From the human T2T-CHM13v2.0 reference genome, Homo sapiens: a stretch of DNA of 64,000 nt. Every line of letters begins with the position of its first letter. The stretch's first letter is position 1. The position numbers and the translations under genes are program-made. Below are positions 37,400 through 52,047 of this stretch, piece by piece. The notes below the pieces were generated by a model. It did not search any database. It had not been told where the DNA came from and saw only the letters and a program-made list of their open reading frames with translations. The stretch lies in the NCBI RefSeq assembly GCF_009914755.1, contig NC_060931.1; one strand, written 5' to 3'.

Positions 37400-40300
37400 C
37401 ATTCTCAGAAACTACTTTGTGATGTGTGCCTTCAACTCACAGAGTTCAACCTTTCTTTTCTTAGAGCAGTTTAGAAACACTCTGCTTGTTATGTCTGCAA
37501 GTGGATATTTGGACCTCTTTGAGGCCTTCGTTGCAAACGGGGTTTCTTCCTTTCATGCTAGACTAAGAAGAGTTCTCAGTAACTTTTTTGTGTTGTGTGT
37601 ATTCAACTCACAGAGTTGAACCTTGCTTTAGAGAGAGCAGATTTGAAACACTCTTGCTGTGGCATTTTCAGGTGGAGATTTCAAGCGATTTGAGGACAAT
37701 TGCAGAAAAGGAAATATCTTCGTATAATAACCAGACAGAATCATTCTCAGAAAGTGCTTTGTGATGTGTGCGTTCAACTCACAGATTTTAACCTTTCTTT
37801 TCATAGAGGAGTTTGGAAACACACTGTTTGTAAAGTCTGCAAGTGGATACATGGACCTGTTTGAGGCCTTCGTTGGAAACGGGATTTCTTCATTGAATGC
37901 TAGACGGAAGAATTCTCAGTAAATTCTTTGTGTTGTGTGCATTCAACTCACAGAGTGGAACGTCCCTTTAGACACAGCAGATTTGAAACACTCTTTTTGC
38001 GGAATTTGCAAGTGGAGATTTCTAGCCATTTGATGCCAACAGTAGAAAGGGAAATATCTTCAAATAAAAACCAGACAGAATCATTCTCAGCAAATTCTTT
38101 GTGATGTGTGCGTTCAACTCACATAGTTTAACCTTTCTTTTCATAGAGCAGTTTGGAAACACTCTGTTTGTAAAGTCTGCAAGTGGATATATGGACCGCA
38201 TTGAGGCCTTCGTTGGAAACGGGATTTCTTCATTTCATGCTAGACAGAAGAATTCTCAGTAACTTCTTTGTGCTGTGTGTATTCAACTCACAGAGTGGAA
38301 CGTCCCTTTGCACAGAGCAGATTTGAAACACTCTTTTTGTGGAGTTTGCAAGTGGAGATTTCAAGCGATTTGATGCCAACAGTAGAAAAGGAAATATCTT
38401 CAAATAAAAACTAGACAGAATCATTCTCAGAAACTACTTTGTGATGTGTGCCTTCAACTCACAGAGTTCAACCTTTCTTTTCTTAGAGCAGTTTAGAAAC
38501 ACTCTGCTTGTTATGTCTGCAAGTGGATATTTGGACCTCTTTGAGGCCTTCGTTGCAAACGGGGTTTCTTCCTTTCATGCTAGACTAAGAAGAGTTCTCA
38601 GTAACTTTTTTGTGTTGTGTGTATTCAACTCACAGAGTTGAACCTTGCTTTAGAGAGAGCAGATTTGAAACACTCTTGCTGTGGCATTTTCAGGTGGAGA
38701 TTTCAAGCGATTTGAGGACAATTGCAGAAAAGGAAATATCTTCGTATAATAACCAGACAGAATCATTCTCAGAAAGTGCTTTGTGATGTGTGCGTTCAAC
38801 TCACAGAGTTTAACCTTTCTTTTCATAGAGGAGTTTGGAAACACACTGTTTGTAAAGTCTGCAAGTGGATACATGGACCTGTTTGAGGCCTTCGTTGGAA
38901 ACGGGATTTCTTCATTGAATGCTAGACGGAAGAATTCTCAGTAAATTCTTTGTGTTGTGTGCATTCAACTCACAGAGTGGAACGTCCCTTTAGACAGAGC
39001 AGATTTGAAACACTCTTTTTGCGGAATTTGCAAGTGGAGATTTCTAGCCATTTGATGCCAACAGTAGAAAGGGAAATATCTTCAAATAAAAACCAGACAG
39101 AATCATTCTCAGAAAATTCTTTGTGATGTGTGCGTTCAACTCACATAGTTTAACCTTTCTTTTCATAGAGCAGTTTGGAAACACTCTGTTTGTAAAGTCT
39201 GCAAGTGGATATATGGACCGCATTGAGGCCTTCGTTGGAAACGGGATTTCTTCATTTCATGCTAGACAGAAGAATTCTCAGTAACTTCTTTGTGCTGTGT
39301 GTATTCAACTCACAGAGTGGAACGTCCCTTTACACAGAGCAGATTTGAAACACTCTTTTTGTGGAGTTTGCAAGTGGAGATTTCAAGCGATTTGATGCCA
39401 ACAGTAGAAAAGGAAATATCTTCAAATAAAAACTAGACAGAATCATTCTCAGAAACTACTTTGTGATGTGTGCCTTCAACTCACAGAGTTTAACCTTTCT
39501 TTTCTTAGAGCAGTTTAGAAACACTCTGCTTGTTATGACTGCAAGTGGATATTTGGACCTCTTTGAGGCCTTCGTTGCAAACGGGGTTTCTTCCTTTCAT
39601 GCTAGACTAAGAAGAGTTCTCAGTAACTTTTTTGTGTTGTGTGTATTCAACTCACAGAGTTGAACCTTGCTTTAGAGAGAGCAGATTTGAAACACTCTTG
39701 CTGTGGCATTTTCAGGTGGAGATTTCAAGCGATTTGAGGACAATTGCAGAAAAGGAAATATCTTCGTATAATAACCAGACAGAATCATTCTCAGAAAGTG
39801 CTTTGTGATGTGTGCGTTCAACTCACAGAGTTTAACCTTTCTTTTCATAGAGGAGTTTGGAAACACACTGTTTGTAAGGACTGCAAGTGGATATATGGAC
39901 CTGTTTGAGGCCTTCGTTGGAAACGGGATTTCTTCATTGAATGCTAGACGGAAGAATTCTCAGTAAATTCTTTGTGTTGTGTGCATTCAACTCACAGAGT
40001 GGAACGTCCCTTTAGACACAGCAGATTTGAAACACTCTTTTTGCGGAATTTGCAAGTGGAGATTTCTAGCCATTTGATGCCAACAGTAGAAAGGGAAATA
40101 TCTTCAAATAAAAACCAGACAGAATCATTCTCAGAAAATTCTTTGTGATGTGTGCGTTCAACTCACATAGTTTAACCTTTCTTTTCATAGAGCAGTTTGG
40201 AAACACTCTGTTTGTAAAGTCTGCAAGTGGATATATGGACCGCATTGAGGCCTTCGTTGGAAACGGGATTTCTTCATTTCATGCTAGACAGAAGAATTCT

Positions 40301-42509
40301 CAGTAACTTCTTTGTGCTGTGTGTATTCAACTCACAGAGTGGAACGTCCCTTTGCACAGAGCAGATTTGAAACACTCTTTTTGTGGAGTTTGCAAGTGGA
40401 GATTTCAAGCGATTTGATGCCAACAGTAGAAAAGGAAATATCTTCAAATAAAAACTAGACAGAATCATTCTCAGAAACTACTTTGTGATGTGTGCCTTCA
40501 ACTCACAGAGTTCAACCTTTCTTTTCTTAGAGCAGTTTAGAAACACTCTGCTTGTTATGTCTGCAAGTGGATATTTGGACCTCTTTGAGGGCTTCGTTGC
40601 AAACGGGGTTTCTTCCTTTCATGCTAGACTAAGAAGAGTTCTCAGTAACTTTTTTGTGTTGTGTGTATTCAACTCACAGAGTTGAACCTTGCTTTAGAGA
40701 GAGCAGATTTGAAACACTCTTGCTGTGGCATTTTCAGGTGGAGATTTCAAGCGATTTGAGGACAATTGCAGAAAAGGAAATATCTTCGTATAATAACCAG
40801 ACAGAATCATTCTCAGAAAGTGCTTTGTGATGTGTGCGTTCAACTCACAGAGTTTAACCTTTCTTTTCATAGAGGAGTTTGGAAACACACTGTTTGTAAA
40901 GTCTGCAAGTGGATACATGGACCTGTTTGAGGCCTTCGTTGGAAACGGGATTTCTTCATTGAATGCTAGACGGAAGAATTCTCAGTAAATTCTTTGTGTT
41001 GTGTGCATTCAACTCACAGAGTGGAACGTCCCTTTAGACAGAGCAGATTTGAAACACTCTTTTTGCGGAATTTGCAAGTAGAGATTTCTAGCCATTTGAT
41101 GCCAACAGTAGAAAGGGAAATATCTTCAAATAAAAACCAGACAGAATCATTCTCAGCAAATTCTTTGTGATGTGTGCGTTCAACTCACATAGTTTAACCT
41201 TTCTTTTCATAGAGCAGTTTGGAAACACTCTGTTTGTAAAGTCTGCAAGTGGATATATGGACCGCATTGAGGCCTTCGTTGGAAACGGGATTTCTTCATT
41301 TCATGCTAGACAGAAGAATTCTCAGTAACTTCTTTGTGCTGTGTGTATTCAACTCACAGAGTGGAACGTCCCTTTGCACAGAGCAGATTTGAAACACTCT
41401 TTTTGTGGAGTTTGCAAGTGGAGATTTCAAGCGATTTGATGCCAACAGTAGAAAAGGAAATATCTTCAAATAAAAACTAGACAGAATCATTCTCAGAAAC
41501 TACTTTGTGATGTGTGTCTTCAACTCACAGAGTTTAACCTTTCTTTTCTTAGAGCAGTTTAGAAACACTCTGCTTGTTATGACTGCAAGTGGATATTTGG
41601 ACCTCTTTGAGGCCTTCGTTGCAAACGGGGTTTCTTCCTTTCATGCTAGACTAAGAAGAGTTCTCAGTAACTTTTTTGTGTTGTGTGTATTCAACTCACA
41701 GAGTTGAACCTTGCTTTAGAGAGAGCAGATTTGAAACACTCTTGCTGTGGCATTTTCAGGTGGAGATTTCAAGCGATTTGAGGACAATTGCAGAAAAGGA
41801 AATATCTTCGTATAATAACCAGACAGAATCATTCTCAGAAAGTGCTTTGTGATGTGTGCGTTCAACTCACAGAGTTTAACCTTTCTTTTCATAGAGGAGT
41901 TTGGAAACACACTGTTTGTAAGGACTGCAAGTGGATATATGGACCTGTTTGAGGCCTTCGTTGGAAACGGGATTTCTTCATTGAATGCTAGACGGAAGAA
42001 TTCTCAGTAAATTCTTTGTGTTGTGTGCATTCAACTCACAGAGTGGAACGTCCCTTTAGACACAGCAGATTTGAAACACTCTTTTTGCGGAATTTGCAAG
42101 TGGAGATTTCTAGCCATTTGATGCCAACAGTAGAAAGGGAAATATCTTCAAATAAAAACCAGACAGAATCATTCTCAGCAAATTCTTTGTGATGTGTGCG
42201 TTCAACTCACATAGTTTAACCTTTCTTTTCATAGAGCAGTTTGGAAACACTCTGTTTGTAAAGTCTGCAAGTGGATATATGGACCGCATTGAGGCCTTCG
42301 TTGGAAACGGGATTTCTTCATTTCATGCTAGACAGAAGAATTCTCAGTAACTTCTTTGTGCTGTGTGTATTCAACTCACAGAGTGGAACGTCCCTTTGCA
42401 CAGAGCAGATTTGAAACACTCTTTTTGTGGAGTTTGCAAGTGGAGATTTCAAGCGATTTGATGCCAACAGTAGAAAAGGAAATATCTTCAAATAAAAACT
42501 AGACAGAAT

Positions 42510-43871
42510 CATTCTCAGAAACTACTTTGTGATGTGTGCCTTCAACTCACAGAGTTCAACCTTTCTTTTCTTAGAGCAGTTTAGAAACACTCTGCTTGTT
42601 ATGTCTGCAAGTGGATATTTGGACCTCTTTGAGGCCTTCGTTGCAAACGGGGTTTCTTCCTTTCATGCTAGACTAAGAAGAGTTCTCAGTAACTTTTTTG
42701 TGTTGTGTGTATTCAACTCACAGAGTTGAACCTTGCTTTAGAGAGAGCAGATTTGAAACACTCTTGCTGTGGCATTTTCAGGTGGAGATTTCAAGCGATT
42801 TGAGGACAATTGCAGAAAAGGAAATATCTTCGTATAATAACCAGACAGAATCATTCTCAGAAAGTGCTTTGTGATGTGTGCGTTCAACTCACAGAGTTTA
42901 ACCTTTCTTTTCATAGAGGAGTTTGGAAACACACTGTTTGTAAAGTCTGCAAGTGGATATATGGACCTGTTTGAGGCCTTCGTTGGAAACGGGATTTCCT
43001 CATTGAATGCTTGACGGAAGAATTCTCAGTAAATTCTTTGTGTTGTGTGCATTCAACTCACAGAGTGGAACGTCCCTTTAGACAGAGCAGATTTGAAACA
43101 CTCTTTTTGCGGAATTTGCAAGTGGAGATTTCTAGCCATTTGATGCCAACAGTAGAAAGGGAAATATCTTCAAATAAAAACCAGACAGAATCATTCTCAG
43201 AAAATTCTTTGTGATGTGTGCGTTCAACTCACAGAGTTTAACCTTTCTTTTCATAGAGGAGTTTGGAAACACACTGTTTGTAAAGTCTGCAAGTGGATAC
43301 ATGGACCTGTTTGAGGCCTTCGTTGGAAACGGGATTTCTTCATTGAATGCTAGACGGAAGAATTCTCAGTAAATTCTTTGTGTTGTGTGCATTCAACTCA
43401 CAGAGTGGAACGTCCCTTTAGACAGAGCAGATTTGAAACACTCTTTTTGCGGAATTTGCAAGTGGAGATTTCTAGCCATTTGATGCCAACAGTAGAAAGG
43501 GAAATATCTTCAAATAAAAACCAGACAGAATCATTCTCAGAAAATTCTTTGTGATGTGTGCGTTCAACTCACATAGTTTAACCTTTCTTTTCATAGAGCA
43601 GTTTGGAAACACTCTGTTTGTAAAGTCTGCAAGTGGATATATGGACCGCATTGAGGCCTTCGTTGGAAACGGGATTTCTTCATTTCATGCTAGACAGAAG
43701 AATTCTCAGTAACTTCTTTGTGCTGTGTGTATTCAACTCACAGAGTGGAACGTCCCTTTGCACAGAGCAGATTTGAAACACTCTTTTTGTGGAGTTTGCA
43801 AGTGGAGATTTCAAGCGATTTGATGCCAACAGTAGAAAAGGAAATATCTTCAAATAAAAACTAGACAGAAT
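42510..43871 (+). repeat. 8-mer HOR structural variant, copy 4
   Basis: Spacing 42529 to 43891 is 1362 bp. Same junction and private SNVs as copies 1 and 2. Confidence 0.96.
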
Positions 43872-46800
43872 CATTCTCAGAAACTACTTTGTGATGTGTG
43901 CCTTCAACTCACAGAGTTTAACCTTTCTTTTCTTAGAGCAGTTTAGAAACACTCTGCTTGTTATGTCTGCAAGTGGATATTTGGACCTCTTTGAGGCCTT
44001 CGTTGCAAACGGGGTTTCTTCCTTTCATGCTAGACTAAGAAGAGTTCTCAGTAACTTTTTTGTGTTGTGTGTATTCAACTCACAGAGTTGAACCTTGCTT
44101 TAGAGAGAGCAGATTTGAAACACTCTTGCTGTGGCATTTTCAGGTGGAGATTTCAAGCGATTTGAGGACAATTGCAGAAAAGGAAATATCTTCGTATAAT
44201 AACCAGACAGAATCATTCTCAGAAAGTGCTTTGTGATGTGTGCGTTCAACTCACAGAGTTTAACCTTTCTTTTCATAGAGGAGTTTGGAAACACACTGTT
44301 TGTAAAGTCTGCAAGTGGATACATGGACCTGTTTGAGGCCTTCGTTGGAAACGGGATTTCTTCATTGAATGCTAGACGGAAGAATTCTCAGTAAATTCTT
44401 TGTGTTGTGTGCATTCAACTCACAGAGTGGAACGTCCCTTTAGACACAGCAGATTTGAAACACTCTTTTTGCGGAATTTGCAAGTGGAGATTTCTAGCCA
44501 TTTGATGCCAACAGTAGAAAGGGAAATATCTTCAAATAAAAACCAGACAGAATCATTCTCAGAAAATTCTTTGTGATGTGTGCGTTCAACTCACATAGTT
44601 TAACCTTTCTTTTCATAGAGCAGTTTGGAAACACTCTGTTTGTAAAGTCTGCAAGTGGATATATGGACCGCATTGAGGCCTTCGTTGGAAACGGGATTTC
44701 TTCATTTCATGCTAGACAGAAGAATTCTCAGTAACTTCTTTGTGCTGTGTGTATTCAACTCACAGAGTGGAACGTCCCTTTGCACAGAGCAGATTTGAAA
44801 CACTCTTTTTGTGGAGTTTGCAAGTGGAGATTTCAAGCGATTTGATGCCAACAGTAGAAAAGGAAATATCTTCAAATAAAAACTAGACAGAATCATTCTC
44901 AGAAACTACTTTGTGATGTGTGCCTTCAACTCACAGAGTTTAACCTTTCTTTTCTTAGAGCAGTTTAGAAACACTCTGCTTGTTATGTCTGCAAGTGGAT
45001 ACTTGGACCTCTTTGAGGCCTTCGTTGCAAACGGGGTTTCTTCCTTTCATGCTAGACTAAGAAGAGTTCTCAGTAACTTTTTTGTGTTGTGTGTATTCAA
45101 CTCACAGAGTTGAACCTTGCTTTAGAGAGAGCAGATTTGAAACACTCTTGCTGTGGCATTTTCAGGTGGAGATTTCAAGCGATTTGAGGACAATTGCAGA
45201 AAAGGAAATATCTTCGTATAATAACCAGACAGAATCATTCTCAGAAAGTGCTTTGTGATGTGTGCGTTCAACTCACAGAGTTTAACCTTTCTTTTCATAG
45301 AGGAGTTTGGAAACACACTGTTTGTAAAGTCTACAAGTGGATATATGGACCTGTTTGAGGCCTTCGTTGGAAACGGGATTTCTTCATTGAATGCTAGACG
45401 GAAGAATTCTCAGTAAATTCTTTGTGTTGTGTGCATTCAACTCACAGAGTGGAACGTCCCTTTAGACAGAGCAGATTTGAAACACTCTTTTTGCGGAATT
45501 TGCAAGTGGAGATTTCTAGCCATTTGATGCCAACAGTAGAAAGGGAAATATCTTCAAATAAAAACCAGACAGAATCATTCTCAGCAAATTCTTTGTGATG
45601 TGTGCGTTCAACTCACATAGTTTAACCTTTCTTTTCATAGAGCAGTTTGGAAACACTCTGTTTGTAAAGTCTGCAAGTGGATATATGGACCGCATTGAGG
45701 CCTTCGTTGGAAACGGGATTTCTTCATTTCATGCTAGACAGAAGAATTCTCAGTAACTTCTTTGTGCTGTGTGTATTCAACTCACAGAGTGGAACGTCCC
45801 TTTGCACAGAGCAGATTTGAAACACTCTTTTTGTGGAGTTTGCAAGTGGAGATTTCAAGCGATTTGATGCCAACAGTAGAAAAGGAAATATCTTCAAATA
45901 AAAACTAGACAGAATCATTCTCAGAAACTACTTTGTGATGTGTGCCTTCAACTCACAGAGTTTAACCTTTCTTTTCTTAGAGCAGTTTAGAAACACTCTG
46001 CTTGTTCTGTCTGCAAGTGGATATTTGGACCTCTTTGAGGCCTTCGTTGCAAACGGGGTTTCTTCCTTTCATGCTAGACTAAGAAGAGTTCTCAGTAACT
46101 TTTTTGTGTTGTGTGTATTCAACTCACAGAGTTGAACCTTGCTTTAGAGAGAGCAGATTTGAAACACTCTTGCTGTGGCATTTTCAGGTGGAGATTTCAA
46201 GCGATTTGAGGACAATTGCAGAAAAGGAAATATCTTCGTATAATAACCAGACAGAATCATTCTCAGAAAGTGCTTTGTGATGTGTGCGTTCAACTCACAG
46301 AGTTTAACCTTTCTTTTCATAGAGGAGTTTGGAAACACACTGTTTGTAAAGTCTGCAAGTGGATACATGGACCTGTTTGAGGCCTTCGTTGGAAACGGGA
46401 TTTCTTCATTGAATGCTAGACGGAAGAATTCTCAGTAAATTCTTTGTGTTGTGTGCATTCAACTCACAGAGTGGAACGTCCCTTTAGACAGAGCAGATTT
46501 GAAACACTCTTTTTGCGGAATTTGCAAGAGGAGATTTCTAGCCATTTGATGCCAACAGTAGAAAGGGAAATATCTTCAAATAAAAACCAGACAGAATCAT
46601 TCTCAGAAAATTCTTTGTGATGTGTGCGTTCAACTCACATAGTTTAACCTTTCTTTTCATAGAGCAGTTTGGAAACACTCTGTTTGTAAAGTCTGCAAGT
46701 GGATATATGGACCGCATTGAGGCCTTCGTTGGAAACGGGATTTCTTCATTTCATGCTAGACAGAAGAATTCTCAGTAACTTCTTTGTGCTGTGTGTATTC

Positions 46801-49800
46801 AACTCACAGAGTGGAACGTCCCTTTGCACAGAGCAGATTTGAAACACTCTTTTTGTGGAGTTTGCAAGTGGAGATTTCAAGCGATTTGATGCCAACAGTA
46901 GAAAAGGAAATATCTTCAAATAAAAACTAGACAGAATCATTCTCAGAAACTACTTTGTGATGTGTGCCTTCAACTCACAGAGTTTAACCTTTCTTTTCTT
47001 AGAGCAGTTTAGAAACACTCTGCTTGTTATGTCTGCAAGTGGATATTTGGACCTCTTTGAGGCCTTCGTTGCAAACGGGGTTTCTTCCTTTAATGCTAGA
47101 CTAAGAAGAGTTCTCAGTAACTTTTTTGTGTTGTGTGTATTCAACTCACAGAGTTGAACCTTGCTATAGAGAGAGCAGATTTGAAACACTCTTGCTGTGG
47201 CATTTTCAGGTGGAGATTTCAAGCGATTTGAGCACAATTGCAGAAAAGGAAATATCTTCGTATAATAACCAGACAGAATCATTCTCAGAAAGTGCTTTGT
47301 GATGTGTGCGTTCAACTCACAGAGTTTAACCTTTCTTTTCATAGAGGAGTTTGGAAACACACTGTTTGTAAAGTCTGCAAGTGGATACATGGACCTGTTT
47401 GAGGCCTTCGTTGGAAACGGGATTTCTTCATTGAATGCTAGACGGAAGAATTCTCAGTAAATTCTTTGTGTTGTGTGCATTCAACTCACAGAGTGGAACG
47501 TCCCTTTAGACAGAGCAGATTTGAAACACTCTTTTTGCGGAATTTGCAAGTGGAGATTTCTAGCCATTTGATGCCAACAGTAGAAAGGGAAATATCTTCA
47601 AATAAAAACCAGACAGAATCATTCTCAGAAAATTCTTTGTGATGTGTGCGTTCAACTCACATAGTTTAACCTTTCTTTTCATAGAGCAGTTTGGAAACAC
47701 TCTGTTTGTAAAGTCTGCAAGTGGATATATGGACCGCATTGAGGCCTTCGTTGGAAACGGGATTTCTTCATTTCATGCTAGACAGAAGAATTCTCAGTAA
47801 CTTCTTTGTGCTGTGTGTATTCAACTCACAGAGTGGAACGTCCCTTTACACAGAGCAGATTTGAAACACTCTTTTTGTGGAGTTTGCAAGTGGAGATTTC
47901 AAGCGATTTGATGCCAACAGTAGAAAAGGAAATATCTTCAAATAAAAACTAGACAGAATCATTCTCAGAAACTACTTTGTGATGTGTGCCTTCAACTCAC
48001 AGAGTTTAACCTTTCTTTTCTTAGAGCAGTTTAGAAACACTCTGCTTGTTATGACTGCAAGTGGATATTTGGACCTCTTTGAGGCCTTCGTTGCAAACGG
48101 GGTTTCTTCCTTTCATGCTAGACTAAGAAGAGTTCTCAGTAACTTTTTTGTGTTGTGTGTATTCAACTCACAGAGTTGAACCTTGCTTTAGAGAGAGCAG
48201 ATTTGAAACACTCTTGCTGTGGCATTTTCAGGTGGAGATTTCAAGCGATTTGAGGACAATTGCAGAAAAGGAAATATCTTCGTATAATAACCAGACAGAA
48301 TCATTCTCAGAAAGTGCTTTGTGATGTGTGCGTTCAACTCACAGAGTTTAACCTTTCTTTTCATAGAGGAGTTTGGAAACACACTGTTTGTAAGGACTGC
48401 AAGTGGATATATGGACCTGTTTGAGGCCTTCGTTGGAAACGGGATTTCTTCATTGAATGCTAGACGGAAGAATTCTCAGTAAATTCTTTGTGTTGTGTGC
48501 ATTCAACTCACAGAGTGGAACGTCCCTTTAGACACAGCAGATTTGAAACACTCTTTTTGCGGAATTTGCAAGTGGAGATTTCTAGCCATTTGATGCCAAC
48601 AGTAGAAAGGGAAATATCTTCAAATAAAAACCAGACAGAATCATTCTCAGCAAATTCTTTGTGATGTGTGCGTTCAACTCACATAGTTTAACCTTTCTTT
48701 TCATAGAGCAGTTTGGAAACACTCTGTTTGTAAAGTCTGCAAGTGGATATATGGACCGCATTGAGGCCTTCGTTGGAAACGGGATTTCTTCATTTCATGC
48801 TAGACAGAAGAATTCTCAGTAACTTCTTTGTGCTGTGTGTATTCAACTCACAGAGTGGAACGTCCCTTTGCACAGAGCAGATTTGAAACACTCTTTTTGT
48901 GGAGTTTGCAAGTGGAGATTTCAAGCGATTTGATGCCAACAGTAGAAAAGGAAATATCTTCAAATAAAAACTAGACAGAATCATTCTCAGAAACTACTTT
49001 GTGATGTGTGCCTTCAACTCACAGAGTTTAACCTTTCTTTTCTTAGAGCAGTTTAGAAACACTCTGCTTGTTATGTCTGCAAGTGGATACTTGGACCTCT
49101 TTGAGGCCTTCGTTGCAAACGGGGTTTCTTCCTTTCATGCTAGACTAAGAAGAGTTCTCAGTAACTTTTTTGTGTTGTGTGTATTCAACTCACAGAGTTG
49201 AACCTTGCTTTAGAGAGAGCAGATTTGAAACACTCTTGCTGTGGCATTTTCAGGTGGAGATTTCAAGCGATTTGAGGACAATTGCAGAAAAGGAAATATC
49301 TTCATATAATAACCAGACAGAATCATTCTCAGAAAGTGCTTTGTGATGTGTGCGTTCAACTCACAGAGTTTAACCTTTCTTTTCATAGAGGAGTTTGGAA
49401 ACACACTGTTTGTAAAGTCTACAAGTGGATATATGGACCTGTTTGAGGCCTTCGTTGGAAACGGGATTTCTTCATTGAATGCTAGACGGAAGAATTCTCA
49501 GTAAATTCTTTGTGTTGTGTGCATTCAACTCACAGAGTGGAACGTCCCTTTAGACAGAGCAGATTTGAAACACTCTTTTTGCGGAATTTGCAAGTGGAGA
49601 TTTCTAGCCATTTGATGCCAACAGTAGAAAGGGAAATATCTTCAAATAAAAACCAGACAGAATCATTCTCAGCAAATTCTTTGTGATGTGTGCATTCAAC
49701 TCACATAGTTTAACCTTTCTTTTCATAGAGCAGTTTGGAAACACTCTGTTTGTAAAGTCTGCAAGTGGATATATGGACCGCATTGAGGCCTTCGTTGGAA

Positions 49801-52047
49801 ACGGGATTTCTTCATTTCATGCTAGACAGAAGAATTCTCAGTAACTTCTTTGTGCTGTGTGTATTCAACTCACAGAGTGGAACGTCCCTTTGCACAGAGC
49901 AGATTTGAAACACTCTTTTTGTGGAGTTTGCAAGTGGAGATTTCAAGCGATTTGATGCCAACAGTAGAAAAGGAAATATCTTCAAATAAAAACTAGACAG
50001 AATCATTCTCAGAAACTACTTTGTGATGTGTGCCTTCAACTCACAGAGTTTAACCTTTCTTTTCTTAGAGCAGTTTAGAAACACTCTGCTTGTTATGTCT
50101 GCAAGTGGATATTTGGACCTCTTTGAGGCCTTCGTTGCAAACGGGGTTTCTTCCTTTCATGCTAGACTAAGAAGAGTTCTCAGTAACTTTTTTGTGTTGT
50201 GTGTATTCAACTCACAGAGTTGAACCTTGCTTTAGAGAGAGCAGATTTGAAACACTCTTGCTGTGGCATTTTCAGGTGGAGATTTCAAGCGATTTGAGGA
50301 CAATTGCAGAAAAGGAAATATCTTCGTATAATAACCAGACAGAATCATTCTCAGAAAGTGCTTTGTGATGTGTGCGTTCAACTCACAGAGTTTAACCTTT
50401 CTTTTCATAGAGGAGTTTGGAAACACACTGTTTGTAAAGTCTGCAAGTGGATACATGGACCTGTTTGAGGCCTTCGTTGGAAACGGGATTTCTTCATTGA
50501 ATGCTAGACGGAAGAATTCTCAGTAAATTCTTTGTGTTGTGTGCATTCAACTCACAGAGTGGAACGTCCCTTTAGACAGAGCAGATTTGAAACACTCTTT
50601 TTGCGGAATTTGCAAGAGGAGATTTCTAGCCATTTGATGCCAACAGTAGAAAGGGAAATATCTTCAAATAAAAACCAGACAGAATCATTCTCAGAAAATT
50701 CTTTGTGATGTGTGCGTTCAACTCACATAGTTTAACCTTTCTTTTCATAGAGCAGTTTGGAAACACTCTGTTTGTAAAGTCTGCAAGTGGATATATGGAC
50801 CGCATTGAGGCCTTCGTTGGAAACGGGATTTCTTCATTTCATGCTAGACAGAAGAATTCTCAGTAACTTCTTTGTGCTGTGTGTATTCAACTCACAGAGT
50901 GGAACGTCCCTTTGCACAGAGCAGATTTGAAACACTCTTTTTGTGGAGTTTGCAAGTGGAGATTTCAAGCGATTTGATGCCAACAGTAGAAAAGGAAATA
51001 TCTTCAAATAAAAACTAGACAGAATCATTCTCAGAAACTACTTTGTGATGTGTGCCTTCAACTCACAGAGTTTAACCTTTCTTTTCTTAGAGCAGTTTAG
51101 AAACACTCTGCTTGTTATGTCTGCAAGTGGATATTTGGACCTCTTTGAGGCCTTCGTTGCAAACGGGGTTTCTTCCTTTCATGCTAGACTAAGAAGAGTT
51201 CTCAGTAACTTTTTTGTGTTGTGTGTATTCAACTCACAGAGTTGAACCTTGCTATAGAGAGAGCAGATTTGAAACACTCTTGCTGTGGCATTTTCAGGTG
51301 GAGATTTCAAGCGATTTGAGCACAATTGCAGAAAAGGAAATATCTTCGTATAATAACCAGACAGAATCATTCTCAGAAAGTGCTTTGTGATGTGTGCGTT
51401 CAACTCACAGAGTTTAACCTTTCTTTTCATAGAGGAGTTTGGAAACACACTGTTTGTAAAGTCTGCAAGTGGATACATGGACCTGTTTGAGGCCTTCGTT
51501 GGAAACGGGATTTCTTCATTGAATGCTAGACGGAAGAATTCTCAGTAAATTCTTTGTGTTGTGTGCATTCAACTCACAGAGTGGAACGTCCCTTTAGACA
51601 GAGCAGATTTGAAACACTCTTTTTGCGGAATTTGCAAGTGGAGATTTCTAGCCATTTGATGCCAACAGTAGAAAGGGAAATATCTTCAAATAAAAACCAG
51701 ACAGAATCATTCTCAGAAAATTCTTTGTGATGTGTGCGTTCAACTCACATAGTTTAACCTTTCTTTTCATAGAGCAGTTTGGAAACACTCTGTTTGTAAA
51801 GTCTGCAAGTGGATATATGGACCGCATTGAGGCCTTCGTTGGAAACGGGATTTCTTCATTTCATGCTAGACAGAAGAATTCTCAGTAACTTCTTTGTGCT
51901 GTGTGTATTCAACTCACAGAGTGGAACGTCCCTTTACACAGAGCAGATTTGAAACACTCTTTTTGTGGAGTTTGCAAGTGGAGATTTCAAGCGATTTGAT
52001 GCCAACAGTAGAAAAGGAAATATCTTCAAATAAAAACTAGACAGAAT

